A stretch of DNA of 25,147 nt from a virus. Taxonomy: Duplodnaviria > Caudoviricetes. The translations under genes were made by a program, and so were the position numbers. Where the stretch lies: IMG/VR virus record IMGVR_UViG_3300011444_000143, positions 1 through 25,147 of that record. The stretch is one strand, 5' to 3'. Under the pieces are notes generated by a model, which saw only the letters and a program-made list of their open reading frames with translations, had not been told where the DNA came from and did no database searches. Of the stretch, positions 25,075 to 25,147 are shown piece by piece. Positions within the stretch are counted from its first letter, which is position 1, and every line of letters starts with the position of its first letter.

Positions 25075-25147
25075 GTGTTCGACACTCGCTTGCAAAAACT
25101 AAAAGACCATTTCGGCATCTCCACCGCCACGGATTGGCAAGGCGTGC
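25075..25147 (+). CDS. Start of a hypothetical gene truncated by the window edge
   Basis: AAGGGAG RBS, GTG, open to the end of the window (MFDTRLQKLKDHFGIS...). Confidence 0.45.
   Translation, partial: MFDTRLQKLKDHFGISTATDWQGV

Larger units (their letters stand above)
1..25147. mobile_element. Temperate tailed phage genome segment, apparently non-integrated (attP intact)
   Basis: Portal, MuF, tail genes, tyrosine integrase, ERF/SSB/RecD2 and MTase are present with no host genes. The integrase and att-like site have phage genes on both sides. Confidence 0.93.

Noticed and set aside
1-25147. Alternative genetic code or stop-codon reassignment
   Set aside because: Recognisable genes are intact under code 11, and TAA, TAG and TGA all end genes at tightly packed junctions.

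Overview
The whole window reads as a 25-kb piece of a temperate tailed-phage genome, with no host housekeeping genes. The host may be a Planctomycetota member, inferred from the style of the CsrA, HTH and integrase proteins and not verified. Left arm (1-11462, + strand): a virion module in unusual order. It runs Mu gpG-like morphogenesis protein, putative tail completion, tube and tape-measure genes, a tail-chaperone G/GT pair with a hidden -1 frameshift, a DUF935-type portal fused to a C-terminal 2H phosphoesterase (Acb1-like), MuF, a putative hub and Cys-rich proteins, with two antisense moron-like genes inserted. Centre (11484-14032): a leftward HTH operon with a sigma70 promoter and operator, a tyrosine integrase, a probable intact attP carrying a tRNA-Lys-like 3' end, and an excisionase-like HTH gene. 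Right arm (14270-25147, + strand): early genes including RMF-like, pentapeptide-repeat and CsrA proteins, a 3'-5' exonuclease, ERF, an SSB-like protein, RecD2, an SF2 helicase and a DNA methyltransferase. The strongest candidate for an interesting system is the portal-2H fusion bracketed by R-[M/L/F]-S motifs, which could be a virion-packaged, protease-released anti-defence enzyme. All family calls come from motif recognition by eye; no searches were run.
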